A stretch of 64,000 nucleotides of DNA from Amoebidium appalachense. Its lineage: Eukaryota > Protista > Ichthyosporea. Positions 12,729 through 31,429 of this stretch are shown here, piece after piece. How positions within the stretch are numbered: the first letter of the stretch is position 1; each line of letters opens with the position of its first letter. The stretch covers positions 3,038,001 to 3,102,000 of the forward strand of contig CAVNZM010000015.1 in assembly GCA_963693365.1 (NCBI GenBank), given 5' to 3'. Made by a program: the position numbers and the translations under genes. Below the pieces are notes generated by a model. It did no database searches. It saw only the letters and a list, made by a program, of their open reading frames with translations, and was not told where the DNA came from.

Positions 12729-14492
12729 CTAGAATTTTGTAGTGATGTGTTTCTCAAGCCAATCAATACATCTAATAAACAGGTCGTAGTTACGTGTGTT
12801 TAGCATAAAATCGAGGATGTTGTAATTTACAGGTAGGCTATCTTTCTGGGTGTCTGTTGTGAATGTGACGTGTGTGGTCTATCAAACTACATTTGGCGAT
12901 ACATGACCGTTAAAACCGGTGTGTGTGTGTGTGTTGTTTGGGCATGCAAACGATGCCACCTTATTATACTTATTAGATCTCCACTGTATAGCACGTGTAC
13001 AGTAAAAGCGTGGTAATTGATCAATAGTACCATCAGCTAGAGAAAGACCAGTTCTACAGGAAGGTAATATGTATTTAGGTGTTATACATTTGCGAGTGCC
13101 ATATTTGGCAAAATGGTTAAGGCGGTCATTATACATAAAACGAGACATAAGGCTTAGTTTTTCAAGGTGTCTGCTTTCATCGGGTCTAGTGTCGTGTGGT
13201 ATCTTTTTCCATTTGTTATATTGCGTGATTATCTTGTGGTTGTGTACATGTTTAATAAGTAAGTGGCAGTCCAAAGTCACACGCACACTTTTGCGGGGTT
13301 TATTTGTATTTGTGCCCGGGGGAGAAGGAGAGAGAGAGGGGAGAGAAGGAGAGATATCATGTTCAGTATCCTGTGCAAAACGAATGTGCAAAATGTAGGC
13401 ATACGGAGAGCAGGTGTGACGTGCGAGATTTACGTGTACGAGTTGAAGGGTTGGCGCGAGCGACAATATTTTCTCAGCAGAGAAATTTTTCAGGAGGGAG
13501 TACTAATGGATAGCTGTAGCTGCCTGAAATGCGCAACCATTACAGCCCTGGTAAGGCTAGGCAGCGCTCAGATTAGAACAGCGTTAGTCTGAGGACGCAT
13601 GGAAGGGGACGCGCTCGTGAGGCTAGCCGGTCGCCACCATGAAAACGCCTGTGGGATATCGAGTAACATATTTACTTAATAAATATGAATCGAAAAACTT
13701 CTAACCTGACTGAAGGGCACATTTCTGGGTCTAGTTTGGATCTAATGTGGCGTTTGATTGTGGGACAAAATTGCGAAAATGAAGGTTTTTGATTCGCTGT
13801 TTTCTTATATGAGCGTTGTGATTGGGTTTATGTCATGCATTGATTCTTCCGCTCTTGAAAACCCAGCCGCACTCAGAGCAGCCTCAGTTCTCGTACATGA
13901 CATGAAACACGCTGTATTTAGTCTTCCCGTTCTTTTGTTCATTTGTTTCTAAATTTCTAGTATTTTTTTATATACTCCTTAGAGTATATGATGTAAGCTC
14001 TGTACGGGCATCAATATACTGCAACGTAGATCCTATTCATGATTCGTTCGGAGCGCATCTGATGACGATTATAGAATGGCCCGATTGGTTCACATTGCAT
14101 CACTAATTGCATGTTTACACCAAGTTACACCTGACATAACGCATCCGTATTACCATAGAATCGTCATACTTTTTTTTCCCTCCAATTTTTGCCACAAAAA
14201 TAACGTCTTGTTTTTTTGTAGCACGCCGGGTTAGACTTGGGGATTTTCTCTCTCTTCTAACTTGAAACACACTGTCTGGGCGTCCTTGCTTGTTGGCACA
14301 CTTGCAATTGTTGTCGAACAGACCACCAAGACCAACACAGTCGTGTCAGGCGCAAAAGGACATTCGTACATGTACAACCATTTTGTAGATTCAACTCAGT
14401 TCCCTACATTGTATATTTCAAACCATAGTATATATACATATATATATATATATTAGACACTTGTCAGTATTTTTCATAGCTTTCTCGGGAAA

Positions 14493-18994
<4,502 letters not shown>

Positions 18995-19253
18995 AGAGCC
19001 GCGAACTCAATGTGGAACACGCTGATCCACAAATACCACTCTGAGGGCGTGTAGTAGTGTGGATGGAAATGATTGGTTGGGCTGGCCGGGTGGCTGTATG
19101 CTATTGGGTGGGTTCGAGCCTCTGATGATTGGTAGACGGTAGTTTTAAAAGTTGATTGGCTATTTTTTATAAAGATTTCATTGGCGGTTGCACTTGTGTG
19201 CCATCAATATTCAAAGTCTGATTTCTTCTTTCTTTCAACGGAACGGGGGTTTG

Positions 19254-19287
<34 letters not shown>

Positions 19288-19716
19288 GGGGGGGGGGGGG
19301 AGGGGGGGGAGCACGAGGTAGGTGCTTTGTTTCTAGATAAGAATACTTCATATACAGTCCCACTTTAATACTTTAATGATTCCTTGCTTGAGACCCGGGT
19401 GCAGGGAGGATGAAGGGGGGGGGGGGGGGGGGGGGGGGTTATTGTTTTTGATCCGGGTAATATTGACACTACAGGACGCCTTCCCATGCTATTAAGAAAA
19501 TGTCACTTTGTCACTAGCGGCGTAAAGTTCGAATTCTGAATACTTAAGAACCTAATCCAAAACGATCGTACTTAAGTTAGTAAAACAAAATGAATCCCCT
19601 ACATGTCAATTGCAAATAACCTCACGGAGCCCCCTCCAGCCTTCAATTCACCAATGGCAATAATGTGCCCCCCCCCCCCCTCCCCCCCCCCTTCCCCCTC
19701 CTTCCCTCCTCCCCCT

Positions 19717-19747
<31 letters not shown>

Positions 19748-20275
19748 GTCGGGCCGGAGTAAGGAGAAGGGGAAAGGGTGGAGGGGGGGGAGGGGGGGGG
19801 GGGATCCATTCGGCACGACAAGGGGAAAGGGGGGATTGAAAAGTTTTGGGAGAGTCGCCAATGATGTTGGGAGATTAGATGTGGCGGTAGATGGGGAGGG
19901 GGGAGGGGGGGGGGGAAGGGGGGGGGGGGGGGGAGGTGGCCGGGTGGGAACTGCAGAGATGCAAATGCAAATGGGAGGGGGCAGACAAAGTTATGTTTTT
20001 TTTATTATTATTATTATTCTTTCGTTCTTTACTTTCTCTTTTTTCTTTTCTTCCTTTCATTTTTGGAGGGTGTGGGGGGGGGGGGGGGGGGGTTGGTTGG
20101 TAGGAAAGAAGTTTCCTCTGTATCCTGGTGCCCTTCCCTGTCCTCCCTGGTTCTTGCCCCTCCCCTCCCCCTCCCTCCCCCCTCCCCCCCTCTCCCCCCC
20201 CTTTTCCCCCCGGATGATCCCATAAGGGAAACTTCGGGTGGAGCTGTTGTGGTGCACATGGTCATGTTTGTGTGT

Positions 20276-20320
<45 letters not shown>

Positions 20321-20817
20321 CTATGTGTGCACGTCTGCGGGTGCGGGTGTTGGGGATTGGGGAGGAGGTAGGAGGCAGGGTAGAGGTGCAGGCCGAGGTG
20401 GGAGGGGGCGAAGGGGGGAGGGGGGGAGGGGCACATGAGAGAATTTCGGTAAAACCTTTGACTTGTATCATAGCACGGTTTATTGGGCTCCGTTTTTGGC
20501 CCCTACTACAAGGTGTACTCTAACACTACCTTCTTCGATCGTCTTATATCCAAGCCTGTAATTTTTCACAGTGTCTGTTCGCGATTTTCGTGCGGAACCT
20601 CAGAAAATACAGTTCGGGGGTTTAAAGCGGAATATTACAAAACATACACCTTCGCGTTCAAGTAGTGCCTATCATGAACTGCTAAAAAAAAAAAATACAA
20701 AAAAATTCATACAAAAGTCCTAGTACAACCGCCAAAAAAAAAAACAAAAAAAAAACAAAAAAACGAAAAACGTTCAAGAGTCTAAATACTGGAAATTCCG
20801 CGCTAAGTGTTAGATAT

Positions 20818-23261
20818 TTAGGCCACACCCCACTGAAGGGGGTTCAAGTTCGCAACCGAAAACACCGCAGTCGCAATCGTAGCGATACATCCACCGGAGA
20901 TCAAACCTGCGGCGACGGGGTATGTGTAATTCTTGCATGCCTCCGGCCAGAAATACTTCCACACCGAATGAATACCCTGGCCCAAGAGCTGAGCCACGGA
21001 ATACTGCGGAGGAATAAGGAACGCGAGGAAGAATACAGACCACACGGGCATGAATTTCTTGAAGCGATCCGGAACGAAAAAGTGTTCGGCAGTCTGCTGA
21101 ACAACCACGAGTATGGGGAACGCAATCATAAACCAGAAACCAACATAATTCATGGAGTTTTCCGGAGCGTTTCCAACCGTGACGCCCGTGGAGAGAGCAT
21201 CCGCGAGAGCCTCCCAGGCACGTGCGGCGCTCATCGGGAAAATGCAAGTTTCGTCGGCGGGGTTAAGCATACACGGGTATGCGGCGGTGTAAAGAAGGAA
21301 AGCACCAATAGACGCCAAACCACCGATAAAGGTACCAACGATCTGCGCCTTAAACTGAGCGTGGGGCGATGCTCCGACGAGGTACCCGGTCTTGTACAAT
21401 TGAAGGATTTCACCGGTTTGTGTGGCGCCCTGAGAAACCATGTTACCCAAAAGAAGCATAGATTCAGCGGACGCGCCCGCGGAGCCAATGATAATCATAA
21501 GCAGTTTCGCAATCATCGCACCCATACCCCAGTTAGTACGTCCCTGAATCTGCGCGCAAATAACGGCGATAGGGAACGTGAGGATAATAGCTACAACCAT
21601 CTCCCAACCCCGGATTGTGTTGTGGAAAAGTCCGAGATACGCACCGATTGCGAGAGCGATGAATAGAATCAGCATCGGGAGCCAAATGTAAATCGGTGTA
21701 TCCTCATCCGCTTCGGCGACAACTTTGTTCTTGTTGGCCGCAATCTTTTCCTTAATCCCAGCAATCGTGAAGCTCTTTGCCGAAATCCCCTTGAACATAC
21801 CTTCAAACATTTTGTAGTTTAGTACCACGGTCCATAGGGAAGTGACGATTAGGGCGATGGCGGCGGGGAAAAGGAAAGTCTTGTCGCGTGCGTAACCGAA
21901 TGAAGGAACCGACGTGTACACGCCAGCGTTGAAAAGAGTAGGTGCGACAATACCCATAGAGAAAAGGGCTCCGATAAACATCCAAATGTTCACGGCGGGA
22001 CCAACCATAAATGCGGAAGCGACAAACACGGGGTCGACCATCAGAGACCACCCGAAGTAGTGCGCGTTCATCCAATATGTATACACAGCAGGGTCAGCGG
22101 CGCATGTCTTGTAGTCTCTCGCACCGCAATTAGACAGGAACATGAAGATGGGGAAGGACTGGAACACGGGCATGAAGAAGAAAACGATCCCGAAAACGAA
22201 GGAAATGGCAAACGACCACAACATCACCTTGACACGTTTCTCACCCTCCACAAGAGCCTCGGCAGAGCGATACATAGTACGAAGAACTTCCGCGGCAGCC
22301 GAACCGTCTGGGAAAACCAAATTCTGCTTAATGATCATAAACCGACGCAGGCACACGCCAAAGACGAGACCAAAACCCGCGGCGCCAAAGATTAGAAGCA
22401 TAAGTCTCCCTGCTTCCTGCGTGGGGCTGGTAAAGTAACCCTTCCAGAAGAGAACGAGAACTGGAGCCACAAGGCCACCGTTTAGACCACCGGCGGCTGT
22501 TCCGGCGGCTTGGAAACAGCAATGTTCTAAAATGCCAAGTTGCTGGCCGGCACACTTGAGGACGGGTTTTAGGACGACACCGCCAAGAAGGGTGGCAAAG
22601 AGAGTGGCGCCAATGCTGATACCGGACTGTGGTGGGCGAAAAAAAATGACAAGGTTATTTGTGTTGCAGTGTATGTACATGTACTTGAAAGAGGGAGGAA
22701 TTTCAGCTATTGGTCGATTGACGGAAGAGCTAGCCACATGTGCACGGCATTAATATAATAATTAGACCATGGGCAACGCAACTAAAAAAACGGTGTTACC
22801 GGGCTGCAGCAGGGAAGACACAGCAATGTTATTTGGGTTGCAGGTTCATTTAGACTCACGATTCCGAACCACTAGTGTAGTACTCGTATTGATGGAAGAG
22901 CTGTGTGGGCACGTCTATTACAAGTACTGTATGTATGCATGCATGAATTAGTGCTGCAAGAGTTACATAAGGTACGCACCTTCAAGCCCAGGTACATGTT
23001 GGAGATGGCAATAAGGGCACCGCAGAGGGACCCGAGAAGGGTAGCGCGCCACGTGAACGACGAATCAGTGGGGATGTGCATGACATCATCCACCTCACCA
23101 GGGCCCAACGTATCCTCCACATCCACATCTTTGACCAAACCTTCGACCACGCCAGAAACCTTCATTGGCACATCGTGGTAGGAGGCGTCAAGCTTTTTCT
23201 CGCTCACTGCGCCTTCAAAGGCGCCTGTGGCGAGCTGCACGCTTTGGTCCGCGGAATTCAT
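20818..23261 (-). CDS. OPT superfamily transporter (YSL-type), two exons
   Basis: Exon 1 23261-22980 (MNSADQ...FTWRATLLGSLCGALIAISNMYLGLK), phase-0 GT-AG intron, exon 2 22626-20818. Family-like motifs FPDGSAAAEVL and KTGYLVGASPHAQFKAQIVG, with many hydrophobic helices. Confidence 0.93.
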
Positions 23262-23449
23262 GGTTTCTATTCGGTGTATTGTTACGTCCGCGAAAGCCAA
23301 CACTTGGGGTGAAGCGCAGATGTGAAGCGCTGCGTTCGAATTCTGGCGAACGTACTGACTGAAGACAATGTACTGAGCCTCCGTTTATTTGTGCGCTGCT
23401 TTGACTCTCTGGAATGCTGTAGGCTTGTGTCAGACTCAGAGCGTGATTA

Positions 23450-23540
23450 TGAGCCAATAAGAGTTTAGTCTATCTACATTCTTTTGACCAAAACTTTAAC
23501 TCTCATTGGATAAGTCGTTTACCAAGCTGTGATTGGCTTA
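23450..23540 (-). promoter_or_regulatory. CCAAT/ATTGG cluster upstream of the OPT gene
   Basis: Three CCAAT-box pentamers within 90 bp, about 190-280 bp upstream of the ATG. Motif evidence only. Confidence 0.3.
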
Positions 23541-25367
23541 TCTTTCCGTGCCAAGCAGCACCATGGCAGTGATGGCATCATGGCACTCGCTGTTCAATTG
23601 CTTTACACATGGCTTGAATGTTGTAGAAACGCCGTTGAGAAGTCGAGGTAGATACACCGTTGCTTTTTTTCCCCACTCGTTTCTCCCAAATATTAATAGT
23701 TTCTTCTGACCAGCGCTAGATCAATGTTGCCGCAAAGAGGGATACAGTTGCTGCAGACATCACGGACGTACCACAAATGTATACGTAGATGTACAAGTGT
23801 GTATACCCGTGCACAAATGGATCTTCGAAACGAAATGGCAAAACAAAAGACTGGTGGGGAAAAAGAAAATAAACATATAAATTTAGATGACTGGTTATTC
23901 TGTTCTTGTTTTTGTGTTTTGTTTTTTTCTTTAGCCATTGCTCAGAGGGTACATCTATATGGCATGATCAGCTTTGTCCCCTTAGATCATCGGATGCCGA
24001 CTACATGACATTCCAATGCTAGGCTGGGTAGCTATGGTTGCAACTAAGCCCCACTATTTTCTGCACACAGTGCAGTTGAATGCTTTTTTTTTATAAAGAT
24101 GTTTGTACATTTAGCTACATATATGGGCGTTGAGCGTGTACTGACGCCAGCCATGAAGCATATGTATATGCATATACAACGGAAGCCTTCGGATCGTGAT
24201 CACGTCGCGGCGCTGGCGTTCTGAGGAATGCGGCATCCAGTTTCATACAAGCTGGCACGATGTGTTCTCAAACATTTAGTATGGGAATTCTGTCGCTGTA
24301 TCAACATGCCTAATACTACTACTAACTATTCTGCATGCTTTATTCATGCAGTATCGCGTCGGTCGGGGCCAATGTACAGTGGCCGCGCCACTGTAGGAAG
24401 AATTCCGGTAGTGTTTGTTGTTGTTCTAGGGAGCCAGTCACAGTATTTATCGTCCAATCAATTAGACGTTTCAGCAACCAATCGGAAAACGAAAAGCATA
24501 TGGTCTCAAGCTATTGGCTAATAGGCTTCGAATAGATCTGACCTGGTGTCAGCCTGTACATGTCGTCGCACGGATACCTCAAGAAATTTCAGTGATGTAC
24601 AGTAATAAGAAAAAATGTATACGAAAGATCCGCGAACAACAAAAAAAGGATGTATATAAAGAAATATCACTAGTAAAACGTAGAAACACATTGCTGGTTT
24701 ATCCACTAATCACAAAACTTATCGTAGCTGTTCTCGCGTCAACTTGCAGCGGTACGTACGTACCAGTGCTACCGGTCAGTCAGAGTCGTCCCCACATCAG
24801 AGTTCAAGTTCTGTACACTCTTGGAGCCAATTTCTCAAAGGATGATAACTGCGGTTTACTTTCCGCACGGGAATAATAACATGTTCAAGCCAACTTGCAT
24901 ACGTGCATCTTGACAGGCGGATTAATTTTTCGGGCCGGCTCCGACTGAGTTCACGTTCAATGCTGTATGGGTGATATATATATGCCTGTATGGTATACAG
25001 TGGCATGCAGTATGTACTGTCGCAACCTCGCAGGCTGGCATAACTATCTGACTAGCAGCTTCTGCAACTTGCAAGACCAAGGCTTTGTTTTCAAAGTTTT
25101 GACGCTGACTAATAAGCAATGATGACATTCGATGCGTGTACGTGACGGCACGAGCACGTCGAGCGCACCGGTGACGCACTCGGAGGGCCTGCCGAGCTGG
25201 GAGACGGGGCCACGTGCTAGTGCACATATTCGAAATCTCACAGTGCAGGGGCAGCACCCAGATGAGGAAATGGCAGCCCCAGGGGTGGGAGGGGGGCCCC
25301 GGGCGGGGGGGGGGGGGTGTTATTTGTGAAAGTTCAATGTGTGTGACACGGGAGATCTCCTTTCTAT

Positions 25368-25414
<47 letters not shown>

Positions 25415-25435
25415 GGGGGGGGAGGGGGGGAGGGG

Positions 25436-25580
25436 GATGTATGCAACGGTTAGCCTGAGGGTTAGAAATATCGAGGAGACAACAAAGAGCAACAACAAAA
25501 ACGTCAGAAAAGTGGGAAACCCAAAATCAAACAATCTAAGCATGCATGCAGCTAGAAGACACTTGAACAGAGCCTATCAT

Positions 25581-25581
<1 letters not shown>
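25436..25581 (+). repeat. ~140 bp interspersed repeat, copy 1 (between G-runs)
   Basis: GATGTATGC..GAGGGTT(A/G)GAAATAT..GAGACAAC..AACAACAAAA.CGTCA..AAACCC.AAAT.AAACAAT..AGAAGACACTTGAACAGA..ATCATCGGG is shared with 31776 and partly with 49476. Confidence 0.8.
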
Positions 25582-25623
<42 letters not shown>

Positions 25624-26253
25624 TGTTGAACAAAAACTTTCACCTACCGCCACTGGCAATCTGCCAGTCCCCCAATCTCCCGGGGGAGATTCTCCCCCCT
25701 TCCCCCACGCACACAGACACACACAGGTACCGTACACGCATGCACACACACACACACACACACTGTCAGCACCCACATACACGCTTTAGAACAATTGTGT
25801 GCCTGCACTTTCCTAGCACTTCAGAGTTTTCCAACAAACTGAAAGTTTAACCTGTATGGGAATACTGTTCAGACCCATAATGCACAGAAATCTCTTTCCT
25901 CCAGCTCACCGAGTTAATTTAATTTTATTTTTTTTTGCTCTTGAAGGAACCGGCACTGCCGATTGCCTGATAAGTTCGTTTTGGTGGTCTTACAATTTCA
26001 CACTTGTGCACACACAAACATTTCAGGAAAAATCACCCATAATCCGTGGCATTGCGTGCACTGCACGTAATCAAACCGTGGTGTGGCATTTCGAGCGTAC
26101 GCCAGCGTGCACATTATCCTACACCCAATAACAATTCGGAACTGGAAACGAAGAAAGTGAACCAAAAAAAGAGAAAATTGAAAAGAAAAAAAAAAAAAAA
26201 AAAAAAAAAAAGGCAACCTTTGTGATCTTACGCAGTCGATTTACAGTGCTAAT

Positions 26254-26301
<48 letters not shown>

Positions 26302-26752
26302 TTCCTCCTTCCCGAAAAAATAATAAAATAAATAATACACTCCACACCTATCAAGAATAAGTGGGGAAACAAACGTGGTAGAGCCATACATAACAGCCAG
26401 CCCACAGGTTGGCGGATTCCTTTAATATGTAACCGTATGGCTGCACTTTGCTTGCAGCCCATATCGGGTAACTTTTGTATATATCTGTCTGTGTGTGTGT
26501 GTGTGTGTGTGCATGTGTGTATGCGTGTGCGTGTTTGTGTGTGTGTATGTGTGTGCATGTGTGTATATGTGCACTCTGTAGATGTAACACGTGTCCCTTG
26601 GTAAGAAATGCGCATGTGAGTGTTCCCGTACATGCATTGTGTGTATGTGTGCATGTGTGTGTGTGCGTGTGTGCGTGTATGCGTGCATGTGCGCGTGCGC
26701 ACGCGTGAGTGTGTCTGTGTGTGTGTGTGTTCTATAGTGTGTGTTTCGGCCC

Positions 26753-26951
26753 TCACCAGTCCTTCTCCGCCTGCCTGCCCGTCTCCCTCTCCACCTCGTA
26801 CTCCACTTCCACGTGTCTCTTCTTGCCTGCACACACCGAAAAGAGAGAAGAGACGGGTTAGAATGGGTTAAGTAATGTTAACTACACAACTGCGACGGAC
26901 AACCAAATGCACACACAAAATATACGAAGTATCCACCATAAGCTGAGACTA

Positions 26952-26986
<35 letters not shown>

Positions 26987-27025
26987 GGAGGGGGGGGGCA
27001 CATCAGATGGGTGGTTCCATATCCT

Positions 27026-27068
<43 letters not shown>

Positions 27069-27206
27069 AAAATCCCTCATCTTCCCACTTTTCACCACAA
27101 AAAAAGCAGTGAAGTCAATAAAAAATTGGCAGAAGACGGGACAGAAGTGAAAAACGCAAACATAACCACTAAAAAGGAACAGTGACGGCAACAAACGTCC
27201 ACTCCC

Positions 27207-27258
<52 letters not shown>

Positions 27259-27738
27259 ACACATGCCCTTGTTCCCCCTTCTCTCAGAAGATCCCTACCG
27301 CCGCCCCCCACCCACCCACATCAACCCACCCACCCACCGACACACACACACACACACCTCCTTTCTTTGGTGGTGGCTGGGGGGCGCCTTTTCTCTTCCC
27401 GGCCGGCCGTGGCCGTGGCACATCACTGTCGTCATCGCTGCTCTCCGCCTGCTTGCCATTCTGCTTGCACAAGTCTCACGTAAGGAAATGCTCTATCTAC
27501 CAATGGGAGTGCTTGGCTGTGTATGCATGTGTGTGCATGTGTGTGTGTCCCTGTGTACGTGTGTGTGGCTGTGTACGTGTCTGTGTATGTGTGACTGTTA
27601 ATGTGGCTTCTTCTGTGCACGTGTATGGCTCTCTAGGTGTGCCTAAGTGTGGCTCGTTATGTGTGTGTACATGTGTGGCTGTTTATCTAAAATTGTGTGC
27701 TTGGCTCGGCATTTGTTCGTATGTGGGTGTGAAAGTGT

Positions 27739-27777
<39 letters not shown>

Positions 27778-28143
27778 AGCGTGTGTGAGCGTGTGCGCAC
27801 ATGTGTATACACGAGTCTGTATGTGTACGTGTGCGAATGTATGAATGTCTGTTTGTGTGCTTGCATGTGTGTGCATGTACATGTGCTTGTGTGTGTGCGC
27901 ACACCCGTGTGTTGTGAACGCGGATGAGCATGTGTGTACATGTATGTGCACGTACATGCCTCCACCTGTGCGTGTGTGTATGTAATACGTGTGTGTATGT
28001 GCAATACGTTTGTGTACGTGCAATACGTGTGCCCATGTACCTTCTTTGACCCATCTGCCATGATCTCTTCAAAGTCTTCAAAGTCGCTCATATCACTCAT
28101 GTCCTCATCATCTTCGTCATCATCGGCTACAAATTCGTCCTCC

Positions 28144-28199
<56 letters not shown>

Positions 28200-28779
28200 G
28201 TGTGTGTGCGCGAACGCCCGTGTGTGGGAAGGTGGCGGGTTTGGGGGGGAAAGGGGGGGAGGGGGGATGGGAGGAGGGGGAGCAGGGAATATCAGACTTA
28301 ATCCACGAAGCTATCTGGAAATTTGTTGACCCAACAAAGAATTTGTCCCTCCTGTGGGTATATTCATGCTCTATTCAACCAGACATCTGGCATTGGGCTA
28401 TGAAGCTCACATCCAAACAACTGTCTCCCAAGTCATCAAATCGAAGCAGCTGTTTCCACCAAATTCCAACACCGGTATGCTGTATGTGGGTGTGTGCATT
28501 ATGAGGGTGTGTGGGCCTTCAATCGTGTGTTTGCATGTCTGTCTGTGTGTGTGTGTGTGTGTGTGCATCTCTCTCTCTCTCTCTCTCTCTCCCCTCCCCC
28601 CCCCCCCCTCCCTCCCTCCCTCTCTCACTCTCACTCTCTCTCTGTGTATGTGTGTGTGCGTGTGTGTGTCCATGCGCATGTGTACGCGGCCATGGAAAAA
28701 CCCCCTGTGTCGGAGATGGAGGGTATGTGAGGAGCGCATGTGTACGCAGCCCTGGAAAAACCATCTATGTCGGGAGACC

Positions 28780-28821
<42 letters not shown>

Positions 28822-29111
28822 ATGGGGCTAGACACTCACATCCTCATCCTCATATTCCCCCTCCATCTCGTCCTCATAATCCCCCTCCTCCTCCTCCTCC
28901 TCCCCAGACATCTCCTCTCCCTCCTCCTCCTCCTCCTCCTCTTCCACCTCTTCGTCATCTAGAACTTTTTCAAATGCCTTTTCTGGGAAATTGTAGATGT
29001 CCCCGTACGTGCCCTGCAGAGGATCGAAATCGGCGATTGGTTAATTACTTATCCCTTTCGGCAATTGGATAATCCTTTTACACGCCTTTACAGACCTGAA
29101 ACACTAACCTC

Positions 29112-29153
<42 letters not shown>

Positions 29154-29980
29154 ACACACACACCCTCCCTACCACCCCCCACAGCCACACCCACACACAT
29201 CTCCCCACCAATGACCCCTCCACCCGTCCTCCATCAATGTCCTTAACCCCCCCCCCCCCCCCCCCAAAAAAAAAGAAAGGTCAAAGCCTATCCGTGCATA
29301 CCGAATCATAGCCTATCCGTGCGCACAGTAACTTTAGCACTGCAGCCTAACCGTGCACACAGTACCTTGCGCATATATTTCTAACCGTGCATGCAGTGCC
29401 GTTTGCATCAAAATATATTCACGCACATAGTACCTTGTGCATAACAACATATTCGTGCACACAGTAACTTTTGCACAAAATATATCCGTGCACAGAGTGC
29501 CTTTTGCAACAAAGTGTGCGTGCACACAGCTCACTATTCTTTAAACCTTAACCCTGCACACAGCACCTTGAACCTTTAACCACATCCGTTATAAAATCCT
29601 ATTCGTGCACACGGTACTTTGTGCTAAAAATCTTTGCCGTGCACACAGTACTTTGTGCTAAAAATCTTTGTGTGCACACAGTGATATTATTCGTGCACAC
29701 AGTAATAACCTATTCGTGCACACAGTGATTATTTACACATGCACACAATGATTATTTACACATGCACACAGTACCTTGTGCAGTCTCTCCAGCAGCTCCT
29801 TCTCAATGGACTTTTCCAACTGGGCTGCAGTCAGGGCCTTTGCCTCCTTTCTGACTTCTCTCTTTTCGACTTTGCGGTTCAACGGCACCATCTTCTTACT
29901 ACTCAAAACAAACAGCAATTAGCATGTTTGTTGGATAGCAGCCCCCCTCCCCCACCCCACCCTACCCCCCAAACAACCCC

Positions 29981-30011
<31 letters not shown>

Positions 30012-30193
30012 CACACACCATACCCCTCCACCCAAGTCATCAATACAATACTGACAAAGCTCCAAATTCACTTGTTATTTTACACTCACCCCCCCCCCCC
30101 CCCCCCCCAAACACACACACACACACCACCACACACACACCCAATTCCAACCATACACAAGCGCTTGTTCAAACATCCCTCCTCCAAAATACA

Positions 30194-30249
<56 letters not shown>

Positions 30250-30615
30250 AAAAAGCACCCCAGAGCAAAGCAGCTCTTCCCCACCCCCCACCCCCCTCCT
30301 CTTACCAAAACAACATTAATAGCAAGAAAAAGGAACAAGTTACCAGAAACCTGCTTGTGCCAGCGCACAAGTTAGGATAGGAACATGTGATTCTTCTTCC
30401 TTAAGGGAGAAATATAAAGGGCGGGTTCTTCACTTACGTGGCTTTCATTTTTAGCTGCCTGCTGCGGATCAGGTATTGTGTGATTTTCGTCAACCGTTGC
30501 TTGCATTTGTGGATGAGCCATTCCGGCCAGTAGATTAGGTTCTTGTCGATCTGTGTGTGTATTTGCGTGTGTATTTGCGTGTGTATTCGTGCATGTATTT
30601 GTGTGTGCGTGTGTG

Positions 30616-30703
<88 letters not shown>

Positions 30704-30922
30704 TGTGTGTGTTTCCGTGAGTGTGCGAATTTAGGTGTGTGTGTGGCCATGTGTGTGCGTGTGTTTTGTGTACATGTGCGTGTGTGTGTATGTGTATGCA
30801 TGTGCATGTGTGCATGTTTGTATTATGACAAAGATTGGAGAGCCAAAGGGAAAATGCGAATAAAACATGTGAATCGACCCATGGGACAGAAGGAGGATGG
30901 GTGTTGGGAGCCAGAGAGTCCG

Positions 30923-30961
<39 letters not shown>

Positions 30962-31313
30962 GGTTGAGGGGGGCTGTGAATAGTAGCACAGTGGGCATGA
31001 TTTTTTTCTTTTTTTTTTTTATCTCCCACTCCTGGAAGAATTCTTGGCAATTGATGCAGGGCAAGGGTCGCGAGGAAGTGGGAGGAGGAGAGGGCCGGGG
31101 AGGGGGGGGGGGGGGGGGGGGATAAAAGCTTAGATAGGATACTGACATGACGTAATTTCTCGTTCCTTTCTCTCTCAACCCACCTCTTCCTCCTTACTCC
31201 GCTCTTTCTCTCTTCCCCCATGGTGCGTGTTTTTGTGTGTGTGTGTGTGCATGTGTGCATGTGTGTGCCCTTCTTGCGCTGAGAGACCGTGGGGACGGGT
31301 TCACACCCGCGCA

Positions 31314-31360
<47 letters not shown>

Positions 31361-31394
31361 GCGTGTGCGTGTTCGCGTGGTGCGTGTGGTGTGG

Positions 31395-31429
<35 letters not shown>

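Noticed and set aside
19070-19190. Cluster of ATTGG (CCAAT) words
   Set aside because: It lies between convergent gene ends with no adjacent start, so it cannot be supported as a promoter.
20901-23312. Antisense and alternative-frame ORFs over the OPT gene
   Set aside because: These are shadow ORFs of a GC3-rich coding sequence with no recognisable motifs.
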